Below, one piece after another: positions 13,535 through 27,000 of a stretch of 64,000 bases of DNA. The stretch is from NCBI RefSeq assembly GCF_009914755.1, contig NC_060930.1; one strand, 5' to 3'. The stretch is from the human T2T-CHM13v2.0 reference genome, Homo sapiens. The position numbers were made by a program, and so were the translations under genes. The first letter of the stretch is position 1. The number at the start of each line of letters is the position of its first letter. The notes beneath the pieces were generated by a model that made no database searches, was not told the origin of the DNA, and saw nothing but the letters and a program-made list of their open reading frames with translations.

Positions 13535-14080
13535 TGTTGCAGCTTTTTTACTCCTGTAGTTCAGCAGGCAGCAGTGTTAAAGCTCTTTTACTCCCACCAC
13601 CATACAGCTTAGCAAGCAGAAGACTTACAGCTCTTTTGCTCCTACAGTTTGGCAACTTCCAGGTTCTTGTCCTGTGACCAAGAGGAATAAAGTATGCAGA
13701 TAGTGGAGGCAGGTAAGGCAGAGTAGAATTTATTGAGTTAAAGAAAAGACAGCAAGAGGGGACCTGAAGGTGGATAGCCCTTTTTGAAGCTGATTCCTGT
13801 TTTATAATGAGCTTAGAATGGGAGAATGTGTGCTGATTGCTCTTTGGGTGTCCTGGAAAAGGCACCATTCATGGGTTAAAAAGCATAATGCAGAAAAAAA
13901 AAAACAGTTAAGAGAGAGTGAGTAAGACGGAGATGGAAGTGCTCACTCTGGTCCATGGATTCTATCCAGAACTGATAACTCGGTTTTCAGGCTTTAGGCT
14001 GTCCTTGGCTTGAAAGTTGAGTTTCACTGGGGATCCATCCCTGTCTGATTAGGAATTTGTCTGTCTTAATGTTGCTATCA
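13535..14080 (-). mobile_element. ERV1 solo LTR (LTR27/LTR28/LTR1 group)
   Basis: TG...CA termini, 4-bp TSD GGGG (13531-13534, 14081-14084); minus-strand AATAAA; repeated AGCTCTTTTACTCC-like units at the U5 end. Confidence 0.8.
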
Positions 14081-14349
14081 GGGGCAGTTACAGCAATATT
14101 CTTATTAAACTTAATAAGTTATAGTAAATATATTTAGGAAGCTTTTATCTTAAAATTGCATTGCATTGAAACAATCTGAGACTAGTTAAGTTTAAAGCCA
14201 TGAGAAAGAGCAATAGAAGTTTTCTCCGTATGTGCTTTAACAACCATGAATTGGATTTACCACCTTCTCAATTATTTGCTTATTAATCATGTGTTTGGTC
14301 AATCAAAATACATGATTAATAATTTGCATATGCTGTTTCATTAATTCTT

Positions 14350-14420
14350 TCAGATATTTTACTTCATATATGAGGGAACTGAGACTTACAGGATTTAAAA
14401 ATTTTGTCCTAGAATCAGTA
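14350..14420 (-). mobile_element. MIR fragment
   Basis: ATGAGGGAACTGAGACTTACAGGATTTAA resembles the MIR core. Confidence 0.5.
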
Positions 14421-15244
14421 GACAGTAAATAAACTTTATCTATGTTACTTAATACCTATATGAATTCTATTTTATTCTACCAACTTTTGTGGTCATGCTT
14501 CTTTTTTCCTTAAGAGCAAAATTCAAATTATCAACAGGCAGCAAATCTCTGCATAAAGTGATTGTGTCTATCTACTTTAACCAATCAATGATTTTTTGTT
14601 GTATACTGAAGATGGTGATATATCTTGGTAGCACGTATAATGACATCAGCCACATTCAATAGAATAAAAAGAAAATTCTATGCCAGAGATTCAAAATGAT
14701 AGATACATATTCAGCTTCTAAAAACCTTTTGATTAAAGTAGTTAGAGCATGCTACACTTTTTAATTTCAAACAAATGTAAAGTGAAAGAAAAGATGAACT
14801 GGTCAAAGTATGTGAATTAATCCCAAAATGAATTTACTTTTAAAATTGAGTTTTAACATAATTGATCAACTCAGCATTTCTCTGCTAACACTGGAGCATT
14901 TGGAAGTCATATAAACAAATATTACCATTTTTTTCCAAAGCCCTTTGTAGTACACTTATACATGACTGCCTCCAAACCCCCAAAAATCTCCTTACAGTGT
15001 GCTTAGTTAAAGTTAACAGGCTCATCATGCCATTCTATATACTTATTCACTTACACAGTTGAATGATCACTTATGCTTTCCCACCAAAAAGTTGAATCAT
15101 CACGTCAACAGATTTAATTTAGCTGCAAACTATTTCACTGAAAATTTCCACCTTCAAATCTTTGACCAGTTTGTTTTGTACAATTCACTCAATCTATTCT
15201 GTTTCACTTAAATCATATGTGTTCCTGCTAAATAACTTTCCTTT

Positions 15245-15410
15245 TTGAAAATTGTTGACTGTGGATTTTGTGTTTTCACTACAAAAAAGGATAAGTATGT
15301 GAAGTAATGAACGTGTTAATTAGCTTGACTGAGCCATTCCAAAATGTATACATATTTCAAACCATCATGTTGTACACAATATGTACAATTTTTGTCTGAA
15401 AATTTAAAAA
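15245..15410 (+). mobile_element. L1MA-type 3' end fragment
   Basis: ATAAGTATGTGAAGTAATG..GTTAATTAGCTTGA..CATATTTCAAACCATCATGTTGTACAC. Confidence 0.75.
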
Positions 15411-16086
15411 TGAATGTTGAAAATTCCAGAATTTTTAATTGCTGTATGATTTGCCCTTCCTATTAATTATTGCACATAATTCAATACTCTAATCATCTTT
15501 AAATATGCCCATTTCTTGGTTTCAGGAAGAACAAAAATTTCTGACTTTTCCTGTATGATGATATTTGAATGTATTTGTGGAAGAAACTTTTAGTGTTTCC
15601 CCAGTTGTATCACTGAATGTCAGGGATCAATACCGCCTCATTTATCCTCATCCATGGGGTTTTACTGCTAACAAAATGGGGATAAATCCGTTTCCATTTC
15701 CCAAATTCCATAGTGAAGGCTTACTTTCTGGAACCTCTCTTTGCACACACCTGGTCTCTTAGCCTGGGTCTGTGGACAGCAGAGCCTAAGGCACAAGGTT
15801 AAAATGCCATTATTTTATTAAGAAATGAGCTCCAAAAAGCAGAATTGAGAAAGAGTGGGAGTGTGATTTCTTCCATCATTTTATGTGATTTCTATGTCAA
15901 TATCACTGATCATTCCTATATAGACTTCTTCATTCCATTACCTTCTTTGCACCATTATCTCCATTGTAGTTCAATAGCCTTTTTCCATGTACTCACCCTA
16001 GATGCAAAATTGTATGAATGAAATCTAGAATTTATGTCAGCCCTTCAAAGGGACCCCAAAACAAAAATGTTAAGGATGCTCTAGAT

Positions 16087-16266
16087 CTGTGCTGTTGAAT
16101 ACACTAGCTTACTAGCTACACATAATTATTTGAATTTAAATTTAAATTAATTAAATTAAATTAAATTTAAAAATCAGACCCTCAGTCCCTCTCGAGTTGT
16201 TTCAAGTTCTCAGTAGCCATATATGGCTATTTCTATTCCTGCACAGAGTTCTATTGGGCAACACTA
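16087..16266 (-). mobile_element. MER3-like hAT-Charlie non-autonomous DNA transposon
   Basis: Degenerate TIRs, central ATTTAAATTTAAATTAATT tract, perfect 8-bp TSD CTCTAGAT (16079-16086, 16267-16274). Confidence 0.85.
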
Positions 16267-16529
16267 CTCTAGATTCTGCCAACTACTTAAACCTTGAAGT
16301 CATAATCTTGAATGCTTTATTTTCTCACCAATTTTTTCATCTTTCCTCATTTTCAACTGTCATCTTATATTTTATCATGAATTTAGACTCCCCCTAATGG
16401 TTTTTAGTCTTCTAGGCTCTCCTATTTTCACATACCTCTCAATGTAGACTAGAATGTGAGCAGCTACTATACCTTTAATTGATCTAATTTATTTATTGTC
16501 ACACATCTTACCAACCTTCAACATTGAAT

Positions 16530-16690
16530 TATTTAATTAATTAAACGCTTCAATCAGTATTTATGGATAGCCTACTCTGGGCTTGAGAATAAACTGGTTA
16601 AGAACATAGTGGCCAATGAGACAGGTGAGAACTCTATTCTCATAGAACTTATCATCTAGGGAGTGAAAATAGATACCAAATTAATACAAG
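16530..16690 (-). mobile_element. L2 3' fragment
   Basis: TCAATCAGTATTTATGGATAGCCTACTCTG..CTCATAGAACTTATCATCTAG. Confidence 0.55.
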
Positions 16691-17034
16691 TAAGTGAATG
16701 AATGCGTAAAAAAAGTCATAAAGTGATGACACCACTATGCATTATCTGAAATAAAAAGACATGGGACATTTATTGCCTCTGGAGAGATATATGCTAATCA
16801 GCTGCAGTCTCCTTGAAGACAGCAGACTGCTGATCTTATGTACTGTTAAAAGGAAATGAGTTCAGTGGTTAGAGGGCTTTTCGGGATATAAGAGAGTCAA
16901 CATAATCTGTGTAAGCAGTGAAGCATGGTTACTCAGATAAGGTGATTGTTCATTGTTTGCCACTCAGAGGTGAGATTATTAGACATAATTCATTCCAGTG
17001 GTCTTTCAGAAGCAAAGGGTTGCCACAGATTAGT

Positions 17035-17054
17035 AAGCTTGCTAAAGCATGCTA
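17035..17054. promoter_or_regulatory. Candidate p53-family response element (two half-sites, zero spacer)
   Basis: AAGCTTGCTA+AAGCATGCTA: each 9/10 to RRRCWWGYYY with intact CWWG core; motif evidence only. Confidence 0.45.
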
Positions 17055-17191
17055 ACTGAGATGGGTTGTCACTGAATGATTAAACAGACTTTGATGGCCA
17101 CTTGTTGCTGTGGAAACACTCCGTCTTCCTCTAAGTTTGTAGAAACTTTTAAATTCTCAGGCAAAGGAAATTCCAAAGTGTTGGTGATTTC

Positions 17192-17711
17192 TGATAGACA
17201 ATTCTCTACTAGATTTTCACGTGTCTGTATATCATCTGCGCACAAGTATTGGAAGTTTCCTTTATATACTATCGTTTCAACCCTATATAGCAAGCCAATA
17301 TGGGAAACAGAGTGTCTTTCTCCAGAGCAAAGGACAGATTTTCTGCCCTCCAAAATAGTTAAATAATGTCTCCTTCTAAGTCAGGTTTCAGCACATTTGC
17401 CTGTAAGGGCCTCTTTAAAGTATTGAGGTTTCCTAAGATTGGTTTTGTGAGTATGTTTTTTGTTTTTTGGTTCTAATTTTTAATTTTGGCTTTGACACAA
17501 ACCTACTGCTTGTGTGGCATCCATCTGGTGTTTCCATATTGTCCTCTCAAGGGGAATAAATGAAGGCATGAAGTTCATGCTGCTTGATCTGCAGTAATAA
17601 AGAACCTTGTCTCTGATCCAGATTTCTCTGCTAACAACCAGGAAACTATAGCAGGTTTACTTGATAGTTTGCCACTAGGGAAAAGTCTCAGGATATTCAT
17701 AGTTCTTGGCA
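17192..17711 (+). mobile_element. Old ERVL-class solo LTR (LTR40-like)
   Basis: AGTGTCTTTCTCCAGAGCAAAGG; GTAATAAA..TGTCTCTGATCCAG; ends TAGGGAAAAGTCTCAG..TTCATAGTTCTTGGCA. Confidence 0.65.
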
Positions 17712-17841
17712 ATGATAAGATTGAGTGGACCAGCAGAGAAGATTCTATCATAGGTAGTGAGCAAGGAGTAGCCTTTATAAGAATGTGATATTTGAATTGT
17801 GACTTAAATCTATTCTCCCTATTCCTGCTCTCTCTGCTGAA

Positions 17842-17870
<29 letters not shown>
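17842..17870. repeat. (AAT)n microsatellite
   Basis: Directly visible. Confidence 0.95.
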
Positions 17871-17872
<2 letters not shown>

Positions 17873-18911
17873 GTTAAAATCAAATAAGTTGACAAGCCTC
17901 TTATTAGAAAACTGCAAATTCAAATGTATAATTGTTTTGTTCTGGTTAGTTTCCCTCCTTCCTCTTTTCCTATTTGGTTTCCTAATCGAAACGCTGGTAT
18001 TTCTTGTGAGCTTTTTAACAAACTTAACTCTGAAACAAAAGAGAACCCAGGGTTTTGAAGGCTTTGAAATTTGCACTATCTGGGGCTTTGCTTTAAGAAA
18101 TAATATAAAATTAGTCAAAGTGCCTTACAATAAACCTGTGGAAGTGAGGAATCCTGAAACTTAAGATTCATTAGCTTCTCTGTGACATTACCTACGCCTG
18201 TATTACAAGTTGACGGCTTGCATCCTGTTTCGAAAAGAAAACAATAAAGAAAATAAAATTTTTAAAACTCAATATTTTACTACCAGGTTAATTAAAGGGA
18301 AACACATTTTTAATTTAATATATTTTCATTTTATATCTTAAGTCACTACAGCTTTATGTATTAGCACTGCTTTGAAACTATTATTTATAAAAGCCATCAG
18401 AAACTTCTTAATTTTTGTTTAGATGTATTTGGGTCTGCTTTTTGGGCCTGAAACTATTTATCTTCACAAGTAACAAATGCTTCCTTTAGAATTAAAATTG
18501 GGGTCAGTCTCTTTTTCTGCATTATGTTTCATTAATTATTCATTTACATGTATAGCACTCCATTTATACCTAATTATATATTATATAATTATAATTATAG
18601 GTAGAGACTGCCTGTTGTTTCCATTTATATCCTCAATATCTTGCTAACTGCTTGCCCAGTTATCTATCATATCAGTAGCCATTATATGTTACTAAACACT
18701 TGGAAGATATGGTTTTTGTGAATACAAATACTTCAATTCTTTACAGTTCAAATAGTTAAGAATCCACACATTCATTTATCTTATTTTTTCTATTTTCATA
18801 TTAAATAAAATATTTTAATAATAAAAATATTTTTACACATCAAAAGTATCAGTTTCAGAACAAAAGTTTTTTTAATAATCAAAATTTGATAAGATTTTAA
18901 ACTCCTATTCA

Positions 18912-19435
<524 letters not shown>

Positions 19436-19922
19436 TTAAAACTTATTAATGATAAATATCATATTTTTATTAGTAAAGTAACTATTTCCCAGGAATTATT
19501 ATGTGCTAAAAGGGTTATTACTTTTAAACATTTTATAAAGTAGGTGGAGTAATAGTGCTTTTTTCACTCTTATGCTATGTTAATGAATCTATGCCTCAGA
19601 AGAGAATAAATATCTCAGAAGATTATGAGTCACTTTATGGCAAGATCTGTGTTTTATTTATCTTACTGCCTTTTACACATAGAGTCATTAGATAATTTTG
19701 TATATTTAATTGCAATTGTCACCTGCTTTTCATTATTTAATTCATTAATATGTGCACAGATGATTGTTTTCATGACTAAAGTATGCCAATCCTGACAAAT
19801 ATCATAATAAAATTATAGCATGTGTTTTTGTTTTTCTCTCAGGTGTTGGGAAGAAGATATTTACATTCCATATTTTGTAGTTAGTGTGAGGCTGATCTAT
19901 ATAAAATATGATAAATTGCATT

Positions 19923-20655
19923 TGTTGGAGAAATGTAATTCAAAACAGTATCATTCCTGAACTCAGAACCATCTCCCCAAGAGTAGCAGAGAAATAAAAC
20001 ACTTTTATTACTGACTAATATTTATAGTAGAATATAATGGGCATCCAAGGCAATATGCTCAGATAGCAAACACAGAAACAGATAGCACCCTTACATATAG
20101 CCAACCAGATACAACCCATTTCATAAATGTTTCCAAGATAAGCAATAACTAGTCTTCATTAAGATAACATGACAGCACCATTTTCACGCAGACTTGATGC
20201 CAGGTTCATCTAGCAATTATAGTGTCCATATTTGTCAGCTAACTGGCTTTACCAAGAGTATAAACAAACTTCTCTTATCTTTATAATGAAAAGGTAATTT
20301 TGCAAGTTGGAGCAATAAGTTCACCAAAGTTGGACTCCTATCTCCATACAGAAAATTAGACGTAGGGGTGTTATCTCCCTTGATGTTTACCTTTCAAAGA
20401 GATGGTACTTAAGCTTTAGAGAAAGGTATTTCTGGGTCAACATAAAGCTGGCTGGAATTTTATAACATTTTGAAAAGGATTTACATTCATTTAAGGAAAT
20501 GTGACATTCATTTCAAAGAAAGGAAAAATACTTAAAGCTACAAGATTTTTTAAGTATATGCTCTGAGAAAAAAGGGAGGTGACAAGAAGTCAATTCCCTT
20601 ATTTTCACCAGGAAGAATTAAGCCTCCTATTTTAAACTTTTATTTGTCTTTATAA
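19923..20655 (-). mobile_element. Old ERV1 LTR (MER92-like)
   Basis: TTTCAAAGAGATGG..GAGAAAGGTATTTCTGGG and CCCTTATTTTCACCAGGAAGAATTAAGCCTC motifs; family recalled, not aligned. Confidence 0.5.
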
Positions 20656-20943
20656 CCTTAACACATACTAAATCACACACAAGAATAAAAGTAATATCAT
20701 GACATGCCTTACAAAAAAAATGTTTCAAAATTATTACTAGAGGTTTTTGAAATTTGTACTATGAGTTTTTATAAGCCATCGATTTCTAATATATTTTGAC
20801 TATAACTTTAAAACTAACATTATTCTTAGTAAAGAACCACGTCCACACATTATTTATTTATTTATTTTTAATCAACTAATGACCTGGCACACAACTAGTG
20901 GACTCATGGAAGTCTGAAACCCTATTTTAAAATTGCCAACCTT

Positions 20944-21094
20944 AGTCCCAGCTACTCGGAAGACTGAGGCAGGAGAATTGCTTGAACCCAGGAGACAGGG
21001 GTTGCAGTGAGCCAAGGTCTTGCTACTGCACTCCAGCCTGGCTGAGAGTGAGACCTTGTATCCCAAAAAAAAGAAAAAGAAAAAAAAAAGAAAA
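20944..21094 (+). mobile_element. 5'-truncated Alu (right arm only) with TSD
   Basis: Starts at AGTCCCAGCTACTC; flanked by ATTGCCAACCTT / ATTACCAACCTT. Confidence 0.88.
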
Positions 21095-21913
21095 CATTAC
21101 CAACCTTTTTGATGTTTCATGGAAACCTTGTTGAAGTTGTGTTTCCTTATACATTCAGAGAAAACTTTTGTCATGCATTTTATAGATTCTAGCCAGCCAA
21201 GAAATAACATAAATTCTGTGTTAAGAAGAAAATAATAAATATTGAATCAATTAAAATATATTAATAATGAGTTTAAAATACAGATAGTCTGGTTAGAAAT
21301 AGGGAATATTACAAATATTGACATTGTGTGTGATGGTTAGAAAATATGGAGAATTATATATGTGCTATGAATAATTTCCTAATCATTATTAGCAAAGAGT
21401 TAATTATATTCAGTCTAGGTTGGATGAGCAGGACATGATGGCACACACATATTATTTACATTATGAAGTTATCTAGGAGAAAATATAAAATTAAAATTGT
21501 TACCTCACTCCTAGTCCAGGAAGATGTGTTGGTATAGAGAATTGAATATGCAATGAACTACTCTAGTTTTTTTATTCTTTATAGAATGAGACATAAGAAA
21601 TTCATAGTTTTTAAAATCATGAATGAATATAACTCATACATTTATAAAATAGCTAAAGCACTTATAAAATACTGTGTGTCGTGACTGTATTAAATGCTTT
21701 TCACATACTGGCCATCTCATTTATGAAAATTGAGGCAAATATTTTCAATAGAATTAGCAAATAAAATTCAATGTTACCTATCAGACTAATTTTCAGACAA
21801 CTATTTTTCAATCAGTAATAAGACTGGAATTTTGCTCATTTTTAATAAAGAAAACATAAATTTAAATAATATATACACATTATCTTGAGTTTCCAAAAAA
21901 CATTTGACAAAGT

Positions 21914-22170
21914 TATATATATATATAAAACCATATATGTACATATGTTATAACCATATATATACAATTTAAAACCATATGTATCTAACCATATATACAT
22001 ATATAATCATATATAACCATATATGCATATATGTATAATGTATATATGTATGTATACATCATATATATGTATATAATAATACATAACCATATATGTATAT
22101 ATCTAACCATATATACATATATTATATTTTACATATATATATACATATATGGTAATATATATGGTTTTAA
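21914..22170. repeat. TA-rich low-complexity repeat with AACCATATAT subunits
   Basis: Directly visible. Confidence 0.9.
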
Positions 22171-22977
22171 ATTGATGTTGAGTTTTGTCAAATGTTTATT
22201 TGGAAACTGAAGGTAATTTATATATATATTTTTTCAATGCATATATATTATATATGTATATATAAATATAGTGTCATGTTCTTAATGCCTTAACATGAAT
22301 GATTAACGATAATAAAAGAAGAAAGGTATACAATCTAAAGCCCCAAATTATGAACATCCACAATTATTTAATGTTTGAAGGCAAAAGTCAATGAAAGAGA
22401 AATTACAAATAATGAAAATAAGAAACAAAATTATCATTAGTTACAGATACCATATTTAAACGTCTGAGTTGAAGATAATTGCTTTAAAAATCTCTGAGAA
22501 ACAATAAAAAGACTCCATTATTTCTAAGGTGAAAAAGGTTTCTCGTATAAATTTTATCATTACAAATCTGCAGGCAATCAAAGTGTCTATCAATGGGCAA
22601 CGAATATAATAAAAGATTAAAAGATGATGTACATCCATTAGGAAAAAATAATTTTAGGAAAAAGTTTAGGGAAATTAATTATGGAAAATTATGAATTATA
22701 ATTATGAATGTATTATTGTGTATATTTTGGAGGAGGATTTAAATATTTGCAATGTTCTTCGATTTGAGGAGACATGTTCCATTACCAGTATTTTAATACT
22801 CAATTTTCCAATATAAACTTGAAAAAATGTTTATTCTCCTATACTTTTGGTTATATTTTGTCTCATTTCTTCAAATACAGTTACTTAAATAAGTAATATT
22901 CTAGTACATTTAAGTTTTTTTTTCAGATTGCTTTTTTACAACACTTTACTTTTACCATAATATATAACTCAGATAAT

Positions 22978-23095
22978 GGTTGCCAGATCACCCAAATATG
23001 CAAGAGAAAATGGAAGTCTGGATTTCATGTCAAATGTCTTATTTTTAAAGAGTATCGACTTAGTCAACTATAAAACAGTGTCTGAGCCAATACGA
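22978..23095 (+). mobile_element. MER102-like hAT fragment
   Basis: GTTGCCAGATC..CAAGAGAAAATGGAAGTCTGGATTTCATGT..ATTTTTAAA. Confidence 0.5.
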
Positions 23096-25084
23096 CTTTT
23101 TCTTCAGGACATGCTTACTCCTCACTTGTAAAGGGGTTGTAATGGAGAATTAGGTAAGAGTCTATAATGAGCTATGTTATGGTAAAGTTAGAATTAATAA
23201 AGAGAAGTTTCAGTTTTAAGATGTACACAGAATATGAAACCAGTAACTGCATTTAAGGGTAAGAGAAAGAGGAAATTCAAGAATAGGTATCAGTGAAGTT
23301 TCTATATTAGGTAACAATACTAAATGAATTTAAAATATACCCTCAGATGATTAGGTACATTAACTCAGCTTCAAAGAAAAACATGAATTAGAGAAACCAG
23401 TTTGGGCACCAATACTGTCTGAGTAGTAAATGGAACAATCAGGGAAGATGAGGTCTTCCACGGAGATAATGCAGATTAGTTACTAGAAAGAATGATAGAA
23501 GGGCTGGGAAAAGGAGTTTAAAAAGATAATACAAAAGTGCCATTAAGGTGAAGTGCTCCAGGAGAGTTTGCCTTCAGTGAAATGGAAAGTATAGAACTGT
23601 AAAAGTGCACAAGAGATTTAGTAAAATACGCCATTTGAAACATTGTCGGCTAGATTTTATCAATTGAGAAGTAAATGGGAAGGAGGCACATTTGGAAATA
23701 CATAAACATTTTAGTTTGTGTTTAGTTTTAGTTTGATTTGCTTTGACTGTTTTACCTTTAGACCTAGGATACGAAGCTATTTGAATGGAAAGAGATAGCA
23801 AATAGAAACATTTTCAAAAGACGAAAGGGGAACCCATTTGCAGGTAAAAAGTCAAGGTAAGGAAATATATTTTGAGTTAAAATCCATCCCCTCTAGATTT
23901 ACACTGTAACTCTTACAATAATGTATCTGTTCTATTTAAACCCTTACCAGTAAAAACAGATTGTGTGGGTTCACTGGGAAATTTTCATTAGATTAAAATA
24001 AAAATATATAGGTAATAGGTTTCTCAATGTCAACAGAAAATATAAAGGAGGTGTTTTGGAAATTTTCAACATTAATTTAGCCTATCAAAGGGTATGTTTT
24101 GGGCCATAGTGTTAAGTATGTCTTATCTATCATAAGGATTTCATTAATTAGAAACATATTTCAAAATCTTTATTTCTATACAGGCTTATTCAAATATCAC
24201 TCCAAATGGAAAAATTGTATTTAAGTTATACACAAGTAGGAAAGGTTTCTGTTTTTTCTCAACACCCCCTTCGCTTTCTACTTCAATACTGCTTTACTCT
24301 TGTGAAGAATTCATACACTTCAGTTATGCAACATTCCACAATTCATTGTATTATCTTCAATGAGAGTGATCACTATTTATGCCAAAGCTGAAGCTTATAG
24401 TTCTTTACATTGAAAAATGTACTTCAATATTTCTTCTGACTTTGTTTTCTTTCATTTATATTATTATTCTGTCATTTTTATTCAGCTGAAAATAGTGACT
24501 AAAGCTGAAAACTCCTTTATCCAGCCCTTTCATCATTCTTATGGCTTACAAACACATTTTTGATATTTTAGATACATTTAAATAACTCAGTTTTGAAGAT
24601 AACTCAATCCTTATTAATACTTATTGAATAAAACTTACTTAGAAAATGTTTTTGCTTTTTTAAAATATTCACAAGACACACAGTTGTCAAACAAATTTTT
24701 TTTTGTAGCATGATAGGCTTTATCAATAACAAGAAAGAGCAAATCTAATTTAACTTGACTCCAATAATACAGTTACTTCTCTTTCAAATGACACAGTACT
24801 GTTTTTCCATTGACAGAACTGCATGTGGTTTAGATAATGTTATTGTGTAGGAACTTTGCTCGTCAAGAACCTAAACATAGTGATTAACAATTGGTAATTT
24901 GGTACTGATTTAGGGGAAGTTTAGTGTTCTTCCGCCAAGCTTCACCTGATAAAATCTAATATTTTTGGCAATGGCTTAGGAAACAGAATTTCAAAACTTA
25001 TGTGTACTCTAGTTATCGAAAATTTGAGAAATTAAAAAAACAGCATTAGAGTGGCAAAAGAGCATTAAGAAGATTTTTTAAATA

Positions 25085-25335
25085 ATCAATGCAGGTATCA
25101 TCTTTTCTGAGAAGCCATACTGACCCACGTTTCTCAAGGTGGTGCCTCTCCTAATGGGTTCATCCAGAACGATGTGTTATCTTCTATCTCTCTATTTGAT
25201 AAACTTAAGACTTTATATGTCTGTGCCCCCACTTGAATGGCAGCTCCTGGAAAGTCGATAATGTGTTATAAATATATGAATCTTCAAGAACTTATATAAT
25301 ATTTGAAGTTAATAAATTTATATTGAATGAATGGA
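25085..25335 (+). mobile_element. L2 3' end
   Basis: TCTTTTCTGAGAAGCC..CCCCACTTGAATGGCAGCTCCTGGAAAG..AATAAATTTATATTGAATGAATG. Confidence 0.6.
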
Positions 25336-25537
25336 ATATGCTAACATTTTATATAATGTTTAGCCGGAAACATTTATTAATTAAATGGAGGAAGTAATTT
25401 AATAAAGATTAAAGTTCAAGGCATGTATGATTTTTATTAAGTTATTAGAGAACTTGAGTTCAGGAAAAAGCAGAGCAGTAGGTATATGCATTTGAATTTT
25501 CAGAGCTATAAGCCTCTAGAATGTGAGGACACATTAT

Positions 25538-27000
25538 GCATTCATATATTTAACAAGTAATTTCTTAGGCACTTGCTATATACCAGACTTTATCCTAAAT
25601 AGTAGGGGACAATGTACAGAACAGAGATATCCTGCCATTCCAATACTCACATTCGAATAGATAGGAAAGACCATCACAATTTAAAAAAATAAATGGAGTC
25701 TATCACTGATGGGCATTTGGGTTGGTTCTAAGTCTTTGCTATTGTTAATAGTGCTGCAATAAACATATGTGTGCATGTGTCTTTATAGTAGAATGATTTG
25801 TAATCTTTGGGTATATATCCAGTAATGGGATTGCTGGGTCAAACGGTATTTCTGGTTCGCGATCCCTGTGGAATCGCCACACTGCCTTCCACAATGGTTG
25901 AACTACTTTATACTCCCACCAACAGTGTAAAAGCATTTCTATTTTTCCATATCCTCTCCAGCAACTTTGTTTCCTGACTTTTCATACACCATGGAGTACT
26001 ATGCAGCCATAAAAAGGATGAGCTCATGTCCTTCGCCAGGACTTGGATAAAGTTGGAAACCATCATTCTTAGCAAACTAACACAGGAACAGAAAACCAAA
26101 CACCGCACGTTCTCACTCATAATTCGGAGTTAAACAATGAGAATGCGTGGACACAGGGAGGGGAACATCACACACTGGGGCCTGTTGGGTGGTGGGGGCC
26201 TAGGGGAGGGATAGCATTCGGAGAAATACCTAATGTAGATGACAGGTTGATGGGTGCAACAAAGCACCATGGAACGTGTATACCTATGTAACAAACCTGC
26301 ATGTTCTGCACATGTATCCTAGAACTTAAAGTATTATAACAATTAAAAAACAAGTAAACGGATATGTCAAAAAATGGGAGAAACTCAAAAAGAAATTGGT
26401 GAAATTTTAGATTGAGTAGTCAGAATGTCCTCTACATCAATGACAACTAGCAGAAATATAAGTCAATGTAACAAGTTGTACAAATATCTTAAAGGAGAAC
26501 ATTCCAAGAGAGGAAAAAGCCAATACAAAAGACCTGAGATAGGAGTCTACTTCACACATTTAAAGAGTAAGGAGGTTAAAGCAGATAGCACATAGTGGCC
26601 TAAGCAAAAGTAGAAGGACATCAGGTTTGAGATATCAGGTTCTACTGTAGGTGACATCTTAGAGGCTCTGTGAGCATTGGGGTTTAATGTCAAGTGTATT
26701 GTGAGTTCAAAAAGAGTTATGAGCAAGGTTTGATATGATCTGCCTTATGATTTTCAAAAATCTTTAGTTTTGTGGAAAACAGGCTTTTCCAAAAGAGGAA
26801 TTAGTTACAATGTGTTTGCCAGAGTTCAGGTGGCTGGATGTAAATGGTAAAGGTGAAGGTGACGAGAAACAGCCAGATTCCATATGTATTATGTTAGTTC
26901 AGCTGAATCAAAGTGCAAATTCATTGGATAAGGACATGAATAAGGTAAATAAGTGATGACTCCATACATTTTGACTGGAGTAACTAGATAAGTTTTGATA
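25538..27000 (-). mobile_element. L2 fragment interrupted by an L1PA insertion
   Basis: Antisense L2 tail (CATTCATATATTTAACAAG..GCACTTGCTATA); resumes after 26362 (GAACATTCCAAGAGAGG..AAAGACCTGAGATAGGA). Confidence 0.6.
25697..26350 (+). mobile_element. L1PA7-like insertion with 5' inversion (twin priming)
   Basis: Antisense ORF2 end 25697-25982 joined to sense ORF2 end/3' UTR 25983-26350; degenerate TSD AAATAAATGGA / AAGTAAACGGA. Confidence 0.9.

Noticed and set aside
17069-17366. Overlapping 94/96-aa ORFs on both strands
   Set aside because: More than half lies within the LTR40-like element, and no known protein similarity is recognisable
19821-19842. Strong-looking splice acceptor (TTTTTGTTTTTCTCTCAG)
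   Set aside because: No convincing paired donor or reading frame; such tracts are common in AT-rich DNA
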